Part shown: positions 28,057-38,106 of the stretch, one piece after another | Layout of the letters: every line of letters begins with the position of its first letter | How positions within the stretch are numbered: position 1 is the first letter of the stretch | Assembly (NCBI GenBank): GCA_963779415.1 | Contig: CAVZYA010000001.1 | Location: 1,472,001 to 1,536,000, forward strand | DNA from: an uncultured Acidobacteriota bacterium | Lineage (GTDB): Bacteria > Acidobacteriota > Thermoanaerobaculia > UBA5066 | Direction of reading: 5' to 3' | DNA: 64,000 nucleotides | Position numbers and translations under genes: made by a program | The notes under the pieces: generated by a model | The model's input: the letters and a program-made list of their open reading frames with translations, nothing else | What the model was told of the DNA's origin: nothing | Database searches by the model: none

Positions 28057-29403
28057 CTACTCCCCGGCCGCGAACGGGGACAACTCTTCACGGATCAATG
28101 CCGCGTCGCCCACGGCCACGACCTGCGCCCGCGGAGCGGCGAGATACCTCTTCGAGACGCGCTTCACGTCGGACTTCGCGACCTTCGCGAGATCTTCGGT
28201 CGTCCGGCCGATCTCCGACGGCGGAAGGCCGAGGACCCAGAGTCGCGAGAGCTCGTCCGCGAGCCCCGGGCTCGTCTGGAGCGAGATGGCCTTGAGGCCG
28301 GCGAAGACGCGGCGGGAGCGCTCCATCTCCTCGTCGGTCGGCTCCGTCGTCCCCATCCGGGTCATCTCGCAGAGGATCTCGCCGAGCGCGGCACCCGTGA
28401 CGTCGCTCCGAACGGCGGCGCGGCTCCGGACCGTCCCGCGCCCGGCGAGCCACCGGACTCCCGCCCCCGGCGAATAGGTGTAGCCCTTCTCCTCACGCAG
28501 GTTCTGGACGAGTCGCGAGCTGAAGGCACCACCGTAGATCGTCATGGCCAGCTCGAGGGCGGCGGCGTCCTCACTCGTCCGGCGAGGCCCGAGGAGACCC
28601 ACGACGAGGACCGACTGGACGGAGCCCGGGCGGTCGAGGATCTGGATCTTCCGGGGCGGCGCGGGGAGCTTCGCTTCCGGCGTCGGTGACGGGGCGAGGC
28701 CGCTCCCCTCCCAGGTTCCGAAGAGGCGGATCGCCTCCGCCGTGACGTCGGCCGGGTCGACGGCCCCGACGACGAGGAGGAGGCTCCGCTCGGGCCGCAG
28801 CCGGCGGCGGCTCTCGATCCGGAGGCGTTCGGAGGTGACGGCGTCGATCGAGGCGGCCGTCGGCGCGATCACGCCGTACGGATGGCTTCCGTAGAGCGCC
28901 TTCGCGAAGGCGCGCGCGGCGACGAACGCCGGATCCGACTCGTCGGTCTCGAGACGCTCGTGGGCGAGCGCCTTCACGCGGGCGACTCCCTCGGCCGGGA
29001 AAGAGGCGTTTCGCGCGACGTCGGCGACGAGGTCGAGAAGAGAGGGCATCTCTCCGGCGAGGCCGGAGACGCCGATCGTGAGGGAGTCCGGAAGGGCGCC
29101 GGTCGCGAGGTCCCCTCCCGCTCCCTGAGCGGCCGTCGCGAGCTCCGGCCCGCTCCGTCCCTCCGTCCCCTCCTTGACTGCGTCGACGAGAAGCTGGGCG
29201 AAGCCCGGCTCGGCGGGGGCATCGTCGGAGAGGCCCCCCCGGACGACGAGGCGGACGGTCACGAGCGGAACGCCGTCCCTCCGGACGACCTCGACGGCGA
29301 GACCGTTCGGAAGGGCCGCCCTGACGACGTCGGGAGAAGGGAGCGGCCTCGCCGGAAGGAGAGGAGGGAGGTCGCCCGGAAGCGTCATCGAATCGGCCTT
29401 CAC
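28057..29403 (-). CDS. M16 family peptidase, non-catalytic partner subunit
   Basis: LPNGL, SRLVQNLREEKGYTY; lacks HxxEH; GTGA overlap with the upstream M16 gene. Confidence 0.85.
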   Translation of the reverse strand: MKADSMTLPGDLPPLLPARPLPSPDVVRAALPNGLAVEVVRRDGVPLVTVRLVVRGGLSDDAPAEPGFAQLLVDAVKEGTEGRSGPELATAAQGAGGDLATGALPDSLTIGVSGLAGEMPSLLDLVADVARNASFPAEGVARVKALAHERLETDESDPAFVAARAFAKALYGSHPYGVIAPTAASIDAVTSERLRIESRRRLRPERSLLLVVGAVDPADVTAEAIRLFGTWEGSGLAPSPTPEAKLPAPPRKIQILDRPGSVQSVLVVGLLGPRRTSEDAAALELAMTIYGGAFSSRLVQNLREEKGYTYSPGAGVRWLAGRGTVRSRAAVRSDVTGAALGEILCEMTRMGTTEPTDEEMERSRRVFAGLKAISLQTSPGLADELSRLWVLGLPPSEIGRTTEDLAKVAKSDVKRVSKRYLAAPRAQVVAVGDAALIREELSPFAAGE

Positions 29404-30692
29404 GATGCCGGGGCCCCCGTTCTCGCCGGCGTCACGACGACCGTCGCGCGGGCCGAGGGACGGAGCCACGCCGCAGCGCGGCGAAGATCCGCGCCGGTCA
29501 CGGCCTCGACGCGTTTCGGGAACTCCAGGAGGCCGTCCGGAAGTCCGTCGAAGGCGGTCGCCTGGGCAAGTTCCACGGAGAGACCGAGACGGGACTCGAG
29601 GTTCGCGTACCAGTCGGCGAGGATCTTCGTCTTCACACGCGCGAGCTCCCCGGCGCCGACCCCTTCGGACGCGATCCGGCCGGCCTCCCCGTCGAAGCCG
29701 GCGAGCACCTTCTCGTGCGGGACGTTCCGCCGGTATCCGACGCGGGAGAGGAAGAGCGTCGTCCCGTCGTACCAGGCGCCCCCCTGGAACGGGTTGAAGC
29801 CGCCGGAGACGTCCGTCGCGATCTCGCTCCCTTCCACGAGGGCGGTGTAGAGGCGTGCCGCGCGGCCGTTGTGGAGAAGCTCGCCGAGGACGAGGAGCGG
29901 AATGGCGTCCGCGTCCGTCCGGGAGGGCATGCGCCAGCCCATCCCGAGCGCGGGCGTCTTCGCGAGAGCCGATTCCTTCACGACGACGGAGCTCTTCTCG
30001 CGCGGCGGCTCCGAGAGGTCGGGTGGCGTCGGGGTCCTGCCTCCCGGGATCGCGCCGAACCAGCGTTCGACCTTCGAGAAGACCTCCTCCGCCGGGACGT
30101 CCCCGACGACGGCGAGAACGGCGTTGTTCGGGCGGTAGTAGTCCGAGAAGAAGCTCTTCACGTCCGCCACCGACGCGGCGTCGAGGTCGTGGAAGTCGCC
30201 GTAGCCGTCGTGGGCGTTCTCCCACTTCCCGTAGAGCGCCTTCGGGAGATCCTGGTACTCGAAGAGTCCGTACGGATCGTTCTGGACGTTGACGCGGATC
30301 TCCTCCTTGACGACGTCCCGCTGGTTGTCGAGGGCGGCGGGCTCGAAGGCGAGTCCCTTCATCCGGTCCGCCTCCAGCCAGAGAAAGCGGTCGAGCGCCG
30401 GGGAGGGGAACGACTCGACGTAGATCGTCACGTCGGGGCGCGTCTGTCCGTTGTTCGTCCCGCCGGATCCCTCGCAGACCCGGTCGAAGATCCCTTTCGG
30501 CGCGTTTGGCGTCCCCTCGAACATCAGGTGCTCGAAGAGATGGGCGAAGCCGGTCCGGTTCTTCGGCTCGAGGCGCGAGCCGATCCGGTAGAGAACGGTG
30601 AGCCCCACGACCGGGCTGCCCGTCTTGGAAGAGACGACGACGACGAGGCCGTTCCGGAGACGACGGGAGATCGAAGAGAGGTTGAAGCTCAC
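29400..30692 (-). CDS. M16 family zinc peptidase, catalytic subunit
   Basis: TGFAHLFEHLMF inverzincin motif, LEADRM, VVKEE, YYRPNNA. Confidence 0.92.
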   Translation of the reverse strand: MSFNLSSISRRLRNGLVVVVSSKTGSPVVGLTVLYRIGSRLEPKNRTGFAHLFEHLMFEGTPNAPKGIFDRVCEGSGGTNNGQTRPDVTIYVESFPSPALDRFLWLEADRMKGLAFEPAALDNQRDVVKEEIRVNVQNDPYGLFEYQDLPKALYGKWENAHDGYGDFHDLDAASVADVKSFFSDYYRPNNAVLAVVGDVPAEEVFSKVERWFGAIPGGRTPTPPDLSEPPREKSSVVVKESALAKTPALGMGWRMPSRTDADAIPLLVLGELLHNGRAARLYTALVEGSEIATDVSGGFNPFQGGAWYDGTTLFLSRVGYRRNVPHEKVLAGFDGEAGRIASEGVGAGELARVKTKILADWYANLESRLGLSVELAQATAFDGLPDGLLEFPKRVEAVTGADLRRAAAWLRPSARATVVVTPARTGAPAS

Positions 30693-30708
30693 TCCGGAAA
30701 AGAGGATC

Positions 30709-31896
30709 TCACGCCTTCACGAGCTCGCGGGCGATCACCATCCGCTGGATCTCGGAAGTCCCTTCGCCGATCGTGCAGAGCTTCACGTCGCGGTAGAACT
30801 TCTCGACCGGGAAGTCCTTCGTGAAGCCGTACCCGCCGTGGATCTGGACCGCGAGGTTCGCGACGCTCACGGCGACCTCTCCGGCGAAGAGCTTCGCCAT
30901 CGCCGACTCCTTCGTCGTCTTCGCTCCCCGGTCCTTCAGCCAGGCGGCCCGCCAGGTCAGGAGGCGCGCCGCCTCGATGCCGGTCGCCATGTCGGCGAGG
31001 TGATTCTGGATCGACTGGAACTCGGCGATCGGCTTGCCGAACTGCTCGCGCTGCTTCGCGTACTTCAGGGACGCGTCGAGGGCCCCCTGCGCCATCCCGA
31101 CCGCGAGCGCCGCGATCGAGATCCGGCCGCCGTCCAGCACCTTCATCGCCTGGACGAATCCCTCGCCGGGACGCCCGATCAGGTTCTCCTTCGGGATCCG
31201 GCACTCTTCCATCACGAGCGTCGCCGTGTCCGAGGCGCGAAGCCCCAGCTTGTTCTCTTTCTTGCCCGCCCGGATTCCGTCCTGGTGCAGGTCGACGACG
31301 AATGCCGAGATGCCGTGCGTCCCGGCCGTCCGGTCCGTCACGGCGAGGATCACCGCCACGTCCCCCACGGAGCCGTGCGTGATGAAGTTCTTCGACCCGG
31401 AGAGGACCCACGAGTTCCCGTCCGCAATCGCCGTCGTCCGCGTCCCCTTCGCGTCGCTTCCGGCGCCGGCCTCCGTAAGGCCCCAGGCCCCGAGCAGCTT
31501 CCCTTCGGCGAGAGGGACCACCCAACGCCGCCGCAGATCCTCCGAGCCGAAGAGGAAGATGTGGTTCGTGCAGAGGCTGTTGTGCGCGGCGATCGAAATC
31601 CCGACCGAGCCGTCGACGCGCGACAGCTCCTCGATCACGTTGACGTAGTCGATGTACGAGAGGCCCGCCCCACCGTACTCCTCCGGGAAGATCACCCCCA
31701 TCATCCCCAGCTCGCCGAGCCGCGCCATCACCTCTCGCGGGTACGTCTGAGACTCGTCCCACTCCATGACGTGCGGCGCGATCTCGCTCTCGGCGAACTC
31801 GCGCACCATCCGTTTCACGGCGAGCTGCTCCTCCGTGAGGGAGAAGCCGGTGGGAGCGGTGCTGTTCTGGACGACTTCTTCGAGGACGGGACTCAT
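30709..31896 (-). CDS. Acyl-CoA dehydrogenase
   Basis: [48 protein letters not shown]. Confidence 0.95.
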   Translation of the reverse strand: MSPVLEEVVQNSTAPTGFSLTEEQLAVKRMVREFAESEIAPHVMEWDESQTYPREVMARLGELGMMGVIFPEEYGGAGLSYIDYVNVIEELSRVDGSVGISIAAHNSLCTNHIFLFGSEDLRRRWVVPLAEGKLLGAWGLTEAGAGSDAKGTRTTAIADGNSWVLSGSKNFITHGSVGDVAVILAVTDRTAGTHGISAFVVDLHQDGIRAGKKENKLGLRASDTATLVMEECRIPKENLIGRPGEGFVQAMKVLDGGRISIAALAVGMAQGALDASLKYAKQREQFGKPIAEFQSIQNHLADMATGIEAARLLTWRAAWLKDRGAKTTKESAMAKLFAGEVAVSVANLAVQIHGGYGFTKDFPVEKFYRDVKLCTIGEGTSEIQRMVIARELVKA

Positions 31897-31947
31897 CGGG
31901 CGCTCCGGAGACGCCCCGATTTTTGACAGGGGCGTCAAATTTCCTCG

Positions 31948-33927
31948 CTATCTTACCGCGGGCGCTCCGGAGGCGGAAGGAAGCGATTCGAAGGAAACGA
32001 CCTCGGTCCCCGGGTAGTAGTGGCCGAGGATTTCGGCCGCCGACTTTCCCGCGAGAGCCATTCCGAAGGCTCCGTTCTGGCAGAGGCCGACGCCATGCCC
32101 CCAGCCTCTTCCGTAGAACGTGAAGACCGGAGCGCCTCCCGGCTCCTTCCCCCGCACGACGGAGAAGAGCGTCTCGGGAAGCCCGAGGGAGAACCGGATC
32201 TCGAGTCCCGCCAGAACGGTCGGCCCGGCGTCCGTCGTGACTTGGACTCTCCGGGCCCGTCCCGACGGCGTCCGCTCGAGGACCTCCACCTTCCGGACGA
32301 CGGTGACCGGGCGCGACGGATCGCGCTCCCTCAGCTTCGCCGCGAGGTCGGCGCCGGTGAAGCGGCGCGTCCAGTGGATCCACGCCGACTCACGGTCGCT
32401 CATCCCTTCCGCCGGGGCGGGCGCCCGCAGGAAACCGACGACACCCCCTCCGCGGAGGAAGAGGTGCACCCGGTCGCCGGGATAGACCCGAAGGGCGGCC
32501 ACGGGAGTGGCCGCGTCCGCCGATCCGGAAAGGAGCGCCGGGACGGCGAACGGATACGAGCTTCTCCCCTTCGCCGTCTTCACGGTGATCTGCGGCGGCG
32601 CGACGCTGACGAGCCGCCCCTCGATCTCGTCGAAATCGCCGAGGCGGGAAAGGATTCCGGCCCAGATGCCGGCGGCCTCCTCGGGCGAGAGAGCGCGTGT
32701 CGTGGGGAGCGCGGTGCCCTCCGTGAACTGGAAGCGCGAAAGGAGCGCCCACGCCGAGCGCGCTTTCCGGCTCCATCCCTCCGGTGCCCCGGCACGCTCG
32801 ACCTCCTCGGTCAGGAGATCGGCATCGGGAATGCCGGCCGCCTCGACGATCTCCGTGTAAGCCGACGCCGGCCAGAGAGGGTGCGCGCCGCTTCTCGGAG
32901 GAAGGCCGAGCCGGGCGCGCACGGCGTTCCGTACCGCGACGAGACCGGCCGGAGTCGGGTCCTTCCCGAGCGCGGCGAGGAGCGCTCGTCCGCGGGCGCC
33001 GAGGAGCGTCGTCGGGCGCGACGTCCCCCGGGGCACCGCTCGTCCGGCGAGCGTCCACGGCATCTCCCCCGAGCAGGCGACCGAGACCAGGTACGGGCGC
33101 GGCGGAGATCCGTTCGGAAAGACCTCCGACGCGCTCTCCGTCCGCCCCCCGCACGTCGAGGTGAAGAGCGTCTCCGCGAGCGCCCCCTGGAAGACGAGGA
33201 CGAGTCCGGCCGTCTCCTCGACGGCCCGGGACGAGAGCGGCTGCTCGACGGCCGTTCCTCCGTAGACCTGGCAGCGCGGCGTCGCGCAGAGGTCGTACCC
33301 TTCCGCCGCCGATTCACCCCGGTGTCGGAGCGCGTAGCTGCGCGCCGCCACCGCCTGAGCTTTCAGCGCCTCCACCTCGTCGTAGACACGCGGCCCCATC
33401 TCGGCGGGAACGACCCCCTTGAGGTAGTCCTCCAGATTCACCCGGTTCACGACGTGGAGCGTTCCCCGCGGCGTCGCCCGGATGAAGAGAACGCCGCGAT
33501 ACGACGAATCGCCGAACGGGACGGGGCTTCCGTCCGGGCGGGCGAGGCCGACCGGAGACGGCTGTTCCTCGCTCCGGCCGTTCCCCTCGATGACGACGCT
33601 GCCGGCAGTCGCTGACGGACGGAAGACGAGGGCGCCCTTGCGGGCCTCGGTCCCCGGACCCGCCCGGAGGAGCCAGTCGCCGGGAGGAAAGGCAGCCGAA
33701 CGCCGGTCGATCCCGATCGCGACGTCGAGGACGACGGGCTTCACTTCCGGGAAGACGGGAGGCGGAGAGGGCGTCGGTGTCGGAACGGCCGTGGCCTTCG
33801 GACCGGGCGTCGGTGTCGGAACGGGGGGCGTGACGGGGGCAGGCGCCGGCGCGCAGGCCACCTCAAGCAGAAGGAGAAGCGACGCAGCCAACGGCGAGAG
33901 GCGGAGAAAACTCCGGCGGTACGTCAC
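31948..33927 (-). CDS. SpoIID/LytB domain lipoprotein (lytic transglycosylase-like)
   Basis: Lipobox-like EVAC; LEDYLKGVVPAEM, EALKAQAVAARSY, CQVYGG, GRGWGHGVGLCQNGA, ILGHYY. Confidence 0.88.
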   Translation of the reverse strand: MTYRRSFLRLSPLAASLLLLLEVACAPAPAPVTPPVPTPTPGPKATAVPTPTPSPPPVFPEVKPVVLDVAIGIDRRSAAFPPGDWLLRAGPGTEARKGALVFRPSATAGSVVIEGNGRSEEQPSPVGLARPDGSPVPFGDSSYRGVLFIRATPRGTLHVVNRVNLEDYLKGVVPAEMGPRVYDEVEALKAQAVAARSYALRHRGESAAEGYDLCATPRCQVYGGTAVEQPLSSRAVEETAGLVLVFQGALAETLFTSTCGGRTESASEVFPNGSPPRPYLVSVACSGEMPWTLAGRAVPRGTSRPTTLLGARGRALLAALGKDPTPAGLVAVRNAVRARLGLPPRSGAHPLWPASAYTEIVEAAGIPDADLLTEEVERAGAPEGWSRKARSAWALLSRFQFTEGTALPTTRALSPEEAAGIWAGILSRLGDFDEIEGRLVSVAPPQITVKTAKGRSSYPFAVPALLSGSADAATPVAALRVYPGDRVHLFLRGGGVVGFLRAPAPAEGMSDRESAWIHWTRRFTGADLAAKLRERDPSRPVTVVRKVEVLERTPSGRARRVQVTTDAGPTVLAGLEIRFSLGLPETLFSVVRGKEPGGAPVFTFYGRGWGHGVGLCQNGAFGMALAGKSAAEILGHYYPGTEVVSFESLPSASGAPAVR

Positions 33928-34652
33928 GAATTCGCGCGCCGCTGCTTGACCTCTCGCCGGTAGTCGGGGCCTGTGAGCGGGATCAGATCGCACATCTCGG
34001 CGAGCCGGCTCCGCATGGCCGTCCCAACACGGAGTTCGAGCGTCTCGCCCCCGGGTTTCTCCGGCGTGTCGCCGTAGTTCGTCGTCAGGAGAGTGATTCG
34101 CTTCCGGTTGTATCTCGTGTTCAGGAGACCATAGAGAATGTCGCGCGCCCAGTCGGTCGGGCGCCGGGCACCGAGCTCGTCGAGGACGAGAAGGTCCGCG
34201 TCCCGGTAGATCGCGAGAATCCCGTCCTCGCTCTCGTCGGACCCCTTCGAGAACGTCGCCTGAATCCGGGCCAGGAGGTCGGTGAAGTCGCAGAAGACCC
34301 CGCAGACGCCCATCGTGTCGACGAGTTCGGCGAGGACAGCGACGGCGAGGTGCGTCTTCCCGACGCCCACCGGCCCGACGATGAGAAGGCCGCGGTCGAG
34401 CGCGGGCCACTCGCGGACGAAGCGCCGCGCCACGGCTTTCGCGGCGCGCTGCGAGTCGGTAAGCTCGTTGAAGTTCGTCAGGCCGCAGTTGCGGTACCGC
34501 TCGGGGATCCGCGCCGCCCGCCGGCGCGCGTCGCGCTCGACCCCCGCGCGGCAGCGGCACGGCACGAGCTTCCGCCCGTCCGGCGACTCGAGCATGCCGA
34601 ACCCCTTGCAGACGGGGCACGCGGCCGGAGATTCAAGAAGGGGAAAAGCCAC
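33924..34652 (-). CDS. DnaC/DnaI/IstB-like AAA+ ATPase with N-terminal Cys motif
   Basis: CPVC...CRC, IPERY, Walker A GPVGVGKT, LLVLDELG, TTN, SRLAEMC, GPDYR. Confidence 0.85.
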   Translation of the reverse strand: MAFPLLESPAACPVCKGFGMLESPDGRKLVPCRCRAGVERDARRRAARIPERYRNCGLTNFNELTDSQRAAKAVARRFVREWPALDRGLLIVGPVGVGKTHLAVAVLAELVDTMGVCGVFCDFTDLLARIQATFSKGSDESEDGILAIYRDADLLVLDELGARRPTDWARDILYGLLNTRYNRKRITLLTTNYGDTPEKPGGETLELRVGTAMRSRLAEMCDLIPLTGPDYRREVKQRRANS

Positions 34653-34733
34653 GAAGGGATTCTAAGAGGAAGACCCTCACCGGAGATCGATTCACTTTCA
34701 AAGAAATGCGACGAGGCGATCGCCGGGGGCGTT

Positions 34734-35621
34734 TCAGTTGAGGTACGCCCGGAGCGCCCGGGACTTCAGGGTCCGCTTGATCCGGGCGATGGCCTGCGCC
34801 TCGATCTGCCGGACCCGCTCGCGCGAGAGCTTCAGCTCCTCGCCGATCTCCTGCAGCGTCATCGGCTCCCGCTCGCCGTCGCTCCCGTCCTCCGGGATGC
34901 CGAATCGCCGGCAGAGGATGGCCCGCTCCTTCCCGGGAAGGACGTCGAGGAGCTGGCGTGTCTGCTCGATCGAAGAGCGTCGCAGGAGCTGCTCGTCGGC
35001 GGCCGCGACGGTCGTCTGTTCGAGCGTGTCCTCGAGCGTCCGCTCCTCCTCGAGGCCGTAACTCTCGGAGAGCGACTCGGAGGTCCGTGACATCGCGAGG
35101 AGCATCTCGACCTCGGGGGGCGTGAGCGCCGCCTCCTCGGCGATTTCGGGCACCGTCGGCTCGCGCCCCAGGCTGCGCGCGAGCATCTCGCGGACGCGGA
35201 CGACCCGCGCGTGGAGGGTCGCCTGCTTGTGCGGGAGGCGGATCGCTCCCCACTGCTCCGACAGGGCGTGCGAGATGGCCTGACGGACCCACCAGACGGC
35301 GTACGTGATGAACTTCACTCCCCGCTCCGGATCGAAGCGGCGAGCCGCCTGGATGAGCCCGATGTTCCCCTCGTTGATCAGGTCGAGGAACGAGATCTCC
35401 GGGGAGTGAAACCGCTTCGCGTACGAGACGACGAACCGGAGGTTTCCGCGGACGAGCTCGTCCACGGCCTCCTTCCTCGCCTCCTCCGCGGACGCCGGAT
35501 CCTGGATCAGCCGCCCCAGCTCGCGTTCGCGCTCGGGGGTCAGGACGGGGTAGCGCGCGATGTCTTCGAGGTACTTCCGAAGGACCTTCGACTCGTCGTC
35601 GCCGCGGGGTCGGGTGGTCAC
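34734..35621 (-). CDS. Sigma-70 family alternative sigma factor (RpoD/RpoS/RpoH-like, no region 1.1)
   Basis: NLRFVVSYAK, DLINEGNIGL, KFITYAVWWVRQAI, TLQEIGEELKLSRERVRQIE. Confidence 0.92.
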   Translation of the reverse strand: MTTRPRGDDESKVLRKYLEDIARYPVLTPERERELGRLIQDPASAEEARKEAVDELVRGNLRFVVSYAKRFHSPEISFLDLINEGNIGLIQAARRFDPERGVKFITYAVWWVRQAISHALSEQWGAIRLPHKQATLHARVVRVREMLARSLGREPTVPEIAEEAALTPPEVEMLLAMSRTSESLSESYGLEEERTLEDTLEQTTVAAADEQLLRRSSIEQTRQLLDVLPGKERAILCRRFGIPEDGSDGEREPMTLQEIGEELKLSRERVRQIEAQAIARIKRTLKSRALRAYLN

Positions 35622-35656
35622 GCGAGGCCGATTATCCCCTCGCCTCGTCCGGCGCG

Positions 35657-36091
35657 TCAGTCGTGCCGGCGCACGAGGTCGCCGCGCGGCCGGACCGCGA
35701 GGGCAATCGAGTGGCCTCCCCCGCGCCCCGCGTGCTCGGCCGCCACCGCGCGGATCGCCTCCATGAGCCGCTCGACCTCCCCTTCCATCTTCTTCAGGCG
35801 CGACTTGAGGTCGAGGATGACCTCGACGCCGGCGAGGTTCACTCCCAGCTCGCGGGTCAGCGTGAGGATGATCTCGAGCCGTTCGACGGTGTCCTGGTCG
35901 TAGAGCCTCGTGTTTCCGGTGGAGCGCGGCGGGCGGATGAGCCCCTCACGCTCGTAGAGGCGCAGCGTCTGGGGATGGACGCCGAAACGGCGCGCCACGA
36001 CCCCGATCAGCACGTAGGAGGTCTCCCGGGGGCCTCGGGAGGGGGCCGAGGCCCGGCCGTGAGGCCGGGCCTCGTGTCGCTCGTGCCTCAT
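35657..36091 (-). CDS. hspR: MerR family heat-shock repressor HspR
   Basis: VHPQTLRLYEREGLI-x-P-x-RS-x-GNTRLY, ELGVNLAGVEVIL; directly follows dnaK. Confidence 0.85.
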   Translation of the reverse strand: MRHERHEARPHGRASAPSRGPRETSYVLIGVVARRFGVHPQTLRLYEREGLIRPPRSTGNTRLYDQDTVERLEIILTLTRELGVNLAGVEVILDLKSRLKKMEGEVERLMEAIRAVAAEHAGRGGGHSIALAVRPRGDLVRRHD

Positions 36092-36098
36092 GGCCGGG

Positions 36099-38000
36099 TC
36101 ACTTCTTCTCCTCAACGACCTCGGCGTCGATCACGTCGTCGGCCTTCGTCTTCGGCCCTCCCTCCGGCGTGCCGGCCGGCGGCGCCTCCGGGGCGGGCGC
36201 CGACTTGTAGAGCGCCTCGGCGATCTTGTAGCTCGCCTTCTGGAGATCCTGCGCCGCGCGGCGGAGTGCCTCCGCGTCGCCGGCCTTCTCTTCGAGCACC
36301 TTCTTCGCGTCCGCGATGGCGCTCTTGACGCTCTCCTTCTCGGAGGGCGGGACCTTTTCCCCGCTCTCTTCCACGAGCTTCTCCGTCGCGTAGACGAGAG
36401 AGTCGAGCTGGTTCTTCGCCTCCACGGCGTCGCGGCGCGTCTTGTCCTCGGCCCGGTGAGACTCGGCCTGTTTCACGGCGCCCTCGACCTCGTCCTTCGA
36501 CAGGCCGGACGAGCCCTCGATCCGGATCCGCTGCTCCTTGCCGGTGCCGCGGTCCTTCGCCGCGACATGGAGGATGCCGTTCGCGTCGATGTCGAAGGTC
36601 ACCTCGATCTGCGGCATGCCGCGCGGGGCCGGCGGGATGCCGAGGAGCTGGAACGTTCCGAGCCTCTTGTTGTCGGTCGCCATCTCGCGCTCGCCCTGCA
36701 GAACGACGATCTCGACCGACGTCTGCCCGTCGCTCGCGGTCGAGAAGACCTCGGACTTCTTCGTGGGGATCGTCGTGTTCCTCTCGATGAGACGCGTCAT
36801 GACGCCGCCGAGCGTCTCGACGCCGAGAGACAGCGGCGTCACGTCGAGGAGAAGGAGGTCCTTCACGTCGCCCGCGAGGACGCCCCCCTGAAGGGCCGCG
36901 CCGACGGCGACGACCTCGTCCGGGTTCACGCCCTTGTGCGGCTCCTTGCCGAACAGCTCCTTGACGAGCGCCTGGATCCGCGGCATCCGCGTCTGGCCGC
37001 CCACGAGGACGACCTCGTCGATCTTCTCGGCCGTCAGGTCTGCATCCTTGAGCGCCTGCCGACAGGGGGCGACCGACCGCTGCACGATCTCCTCGACCAT
37101 CGACTCGAGCTTGGCCCGGGTCAGCTTGATCGTCATGTGCTTCGGGCCCGCCGCGTCGGCGGTGATGAAGGGAAGGTTGATCTCCGACTCCAGCGTCGTC
37201 GAGAGCTCGATCTTGGCCTTCTCCGAAGCCTCCTTCAGTCGCTGCATCGCCATCGGGTCCTTCCCGAGGTCGATCCCCTGGTCCTTCCGGAACTCGGCGA
37301 GGAGCCAGTCGGCGATCTTCTGGTCGATGTTGTCGCCGCCGAGGTGCGTGTCGCCGTTCGTCGACTTCACCTCGACGACCCCCTCGCCCACCTCGAGGAT
37401 CGAGATGTCGAACGTGCCGCCGCCGAAGTCGTAGACGGCGATCGTCTCGTTCTTCTTCTTGTCGAGGCCGTACGCGAGCGCGGCCGCCGTCGGCTCGTTG
37501 ACGAGCCGCTCCACCTTCAGGCCGGCGATCTGTCCCGCGTCCTTGGTGGCCTGGCGCTGAGCGTCGTTGAAGTAGGCCGGGACGGTAATGACCGCCCGCT
37601 CGACCTTCTCCCCGAGGTAGGCCTCTGCGGCCTCCTTGAGCTTCGTGAGGATCATCGCCGAGATCTCGGGGGGCGAGAACTCCTTCCCCTGGACCTGGAC
37701 GCGCGCGTCTCCGTTCGACGAGCGGACGACCTTGTAGGGGACCATCTTCATCTCGGCGCTCACCTCGTCGTAGCGGCGCCCCATGAACCGTTTGATCGAG
37801 TAGACCGTGTTCTCGGGGTTCGTCACGGCCTGCCTCTTGGCGACCTGGCCGACGAGCCGCTCGCCCGACTTGGCGAAACCGACGACCGAGGGCGTCGTCC
37901 GTCCCCCCTCCGAGTTCGCGATGACCTCCGCGCTTCCCCCCTCGAGGACGGAGACGACGCTGTTCGTCGTCCCGAGGTCGATTCCGATGATCTTGCTCAT
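36099..38000 (-). CDS. dnaK: Molecular chaperone DnaK
   Basis: [52 protein letters not shown]. Confidence 0.98.
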   Translation of the reverse strand: MSKIIGIDLGTTNSVVSVLEGGSAEVIANSEGGRTTPSVVGFAKSGERLVGQVAKRQAVTNPENTVYSIKRFMGRRYDEVSAEMKMVPYKVVRSSNGDARVQVQGKEFSPPEISAMILTKLKEAAEAYLGEKVERAVITVPAYFNDAQRQATKDAGQIAGLKVERLVNEPTAAALAYGLDKKKNETIAVYDFGGGTFDISILEVGEGVVEVKSTNGDTHLGGDNIDQKIADWLLAEFRKDQGIDLGKDPMAMQRLKEASEKAKIELSTTLESEINLPFITADAAGPKHMTIKLTRAKLESMVEEIVQRSVAPCRQALKDADLTAEKIDEVVLVGGQTRMPRIQALVKELFGKEPHKGVNPDEVVAVGAALQGGVLAGDVKDLLLLDVTPLSLGVETLGGVMTRLIERNTTIPTKKSEVFSTASDGQTSVEIVVLQGEREMATDNKRLGTFQLLGIPPAPRGMPQIEVTFDIDANGILHVAAKDRGTGKEQRIRIEGSSGLSKDEVEGAVKQAESHRAEDKTRRDAVEAKNQLDSLVYATEKLVEESGEKVPPSEKESVKSAIADAKKVLEEKAGDAEALRRAAQDLQKASYKIAEALYKSAPAPEAPPAGTPEGGPKTKADDVIDAEVVEEKK

Positions 38001-38030
38001 GAAACCCTCCGGTCGTTGTCGACCGGGAGC

Positions 38031-38060
38031 AAGATAAAACCTTAGTCAAATATTGTCAAG
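38031..38060 (-). promoter_or_regulatory. Sigma70 promoter of the dnaK operon with overlapping imperfect inverted repeat
   Basis: Minus strand TTGACA (38059-38054)-17 nt-TATCTT (38036-38031); imperfect dyad CTTGACAATATTTGACTAAG over the -35 and spacer. Confidence 0.75.
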
Positions 38061-38106
38061 TCGATCTCATCAAAAAATCTTCATTGCCACTGTATACTGC
38101 TGTAAA

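Noticed and set aside
28057-30692. M16 pair or PtrB as dedicated maturases of the 60631 peptide
   Set aside because: They lie about 30-57 kb away and are common housekeeping peptidases; nothing in the sequence links them to the peptide.
33924-34652. IstB-like ATPase as evidence of an IS21 element or prophage
   Set aside because: No IstA transposase, terminal repeats or phage genes nearby; it is coupled to a housekeeping SpoIID gene.
23351-38047. GACTAAG half-site shared by the TA operator and the dnaK promoter
   Set aside because: Only 7 bp and in different dyad arrangements; chance is a sufficient explanation.
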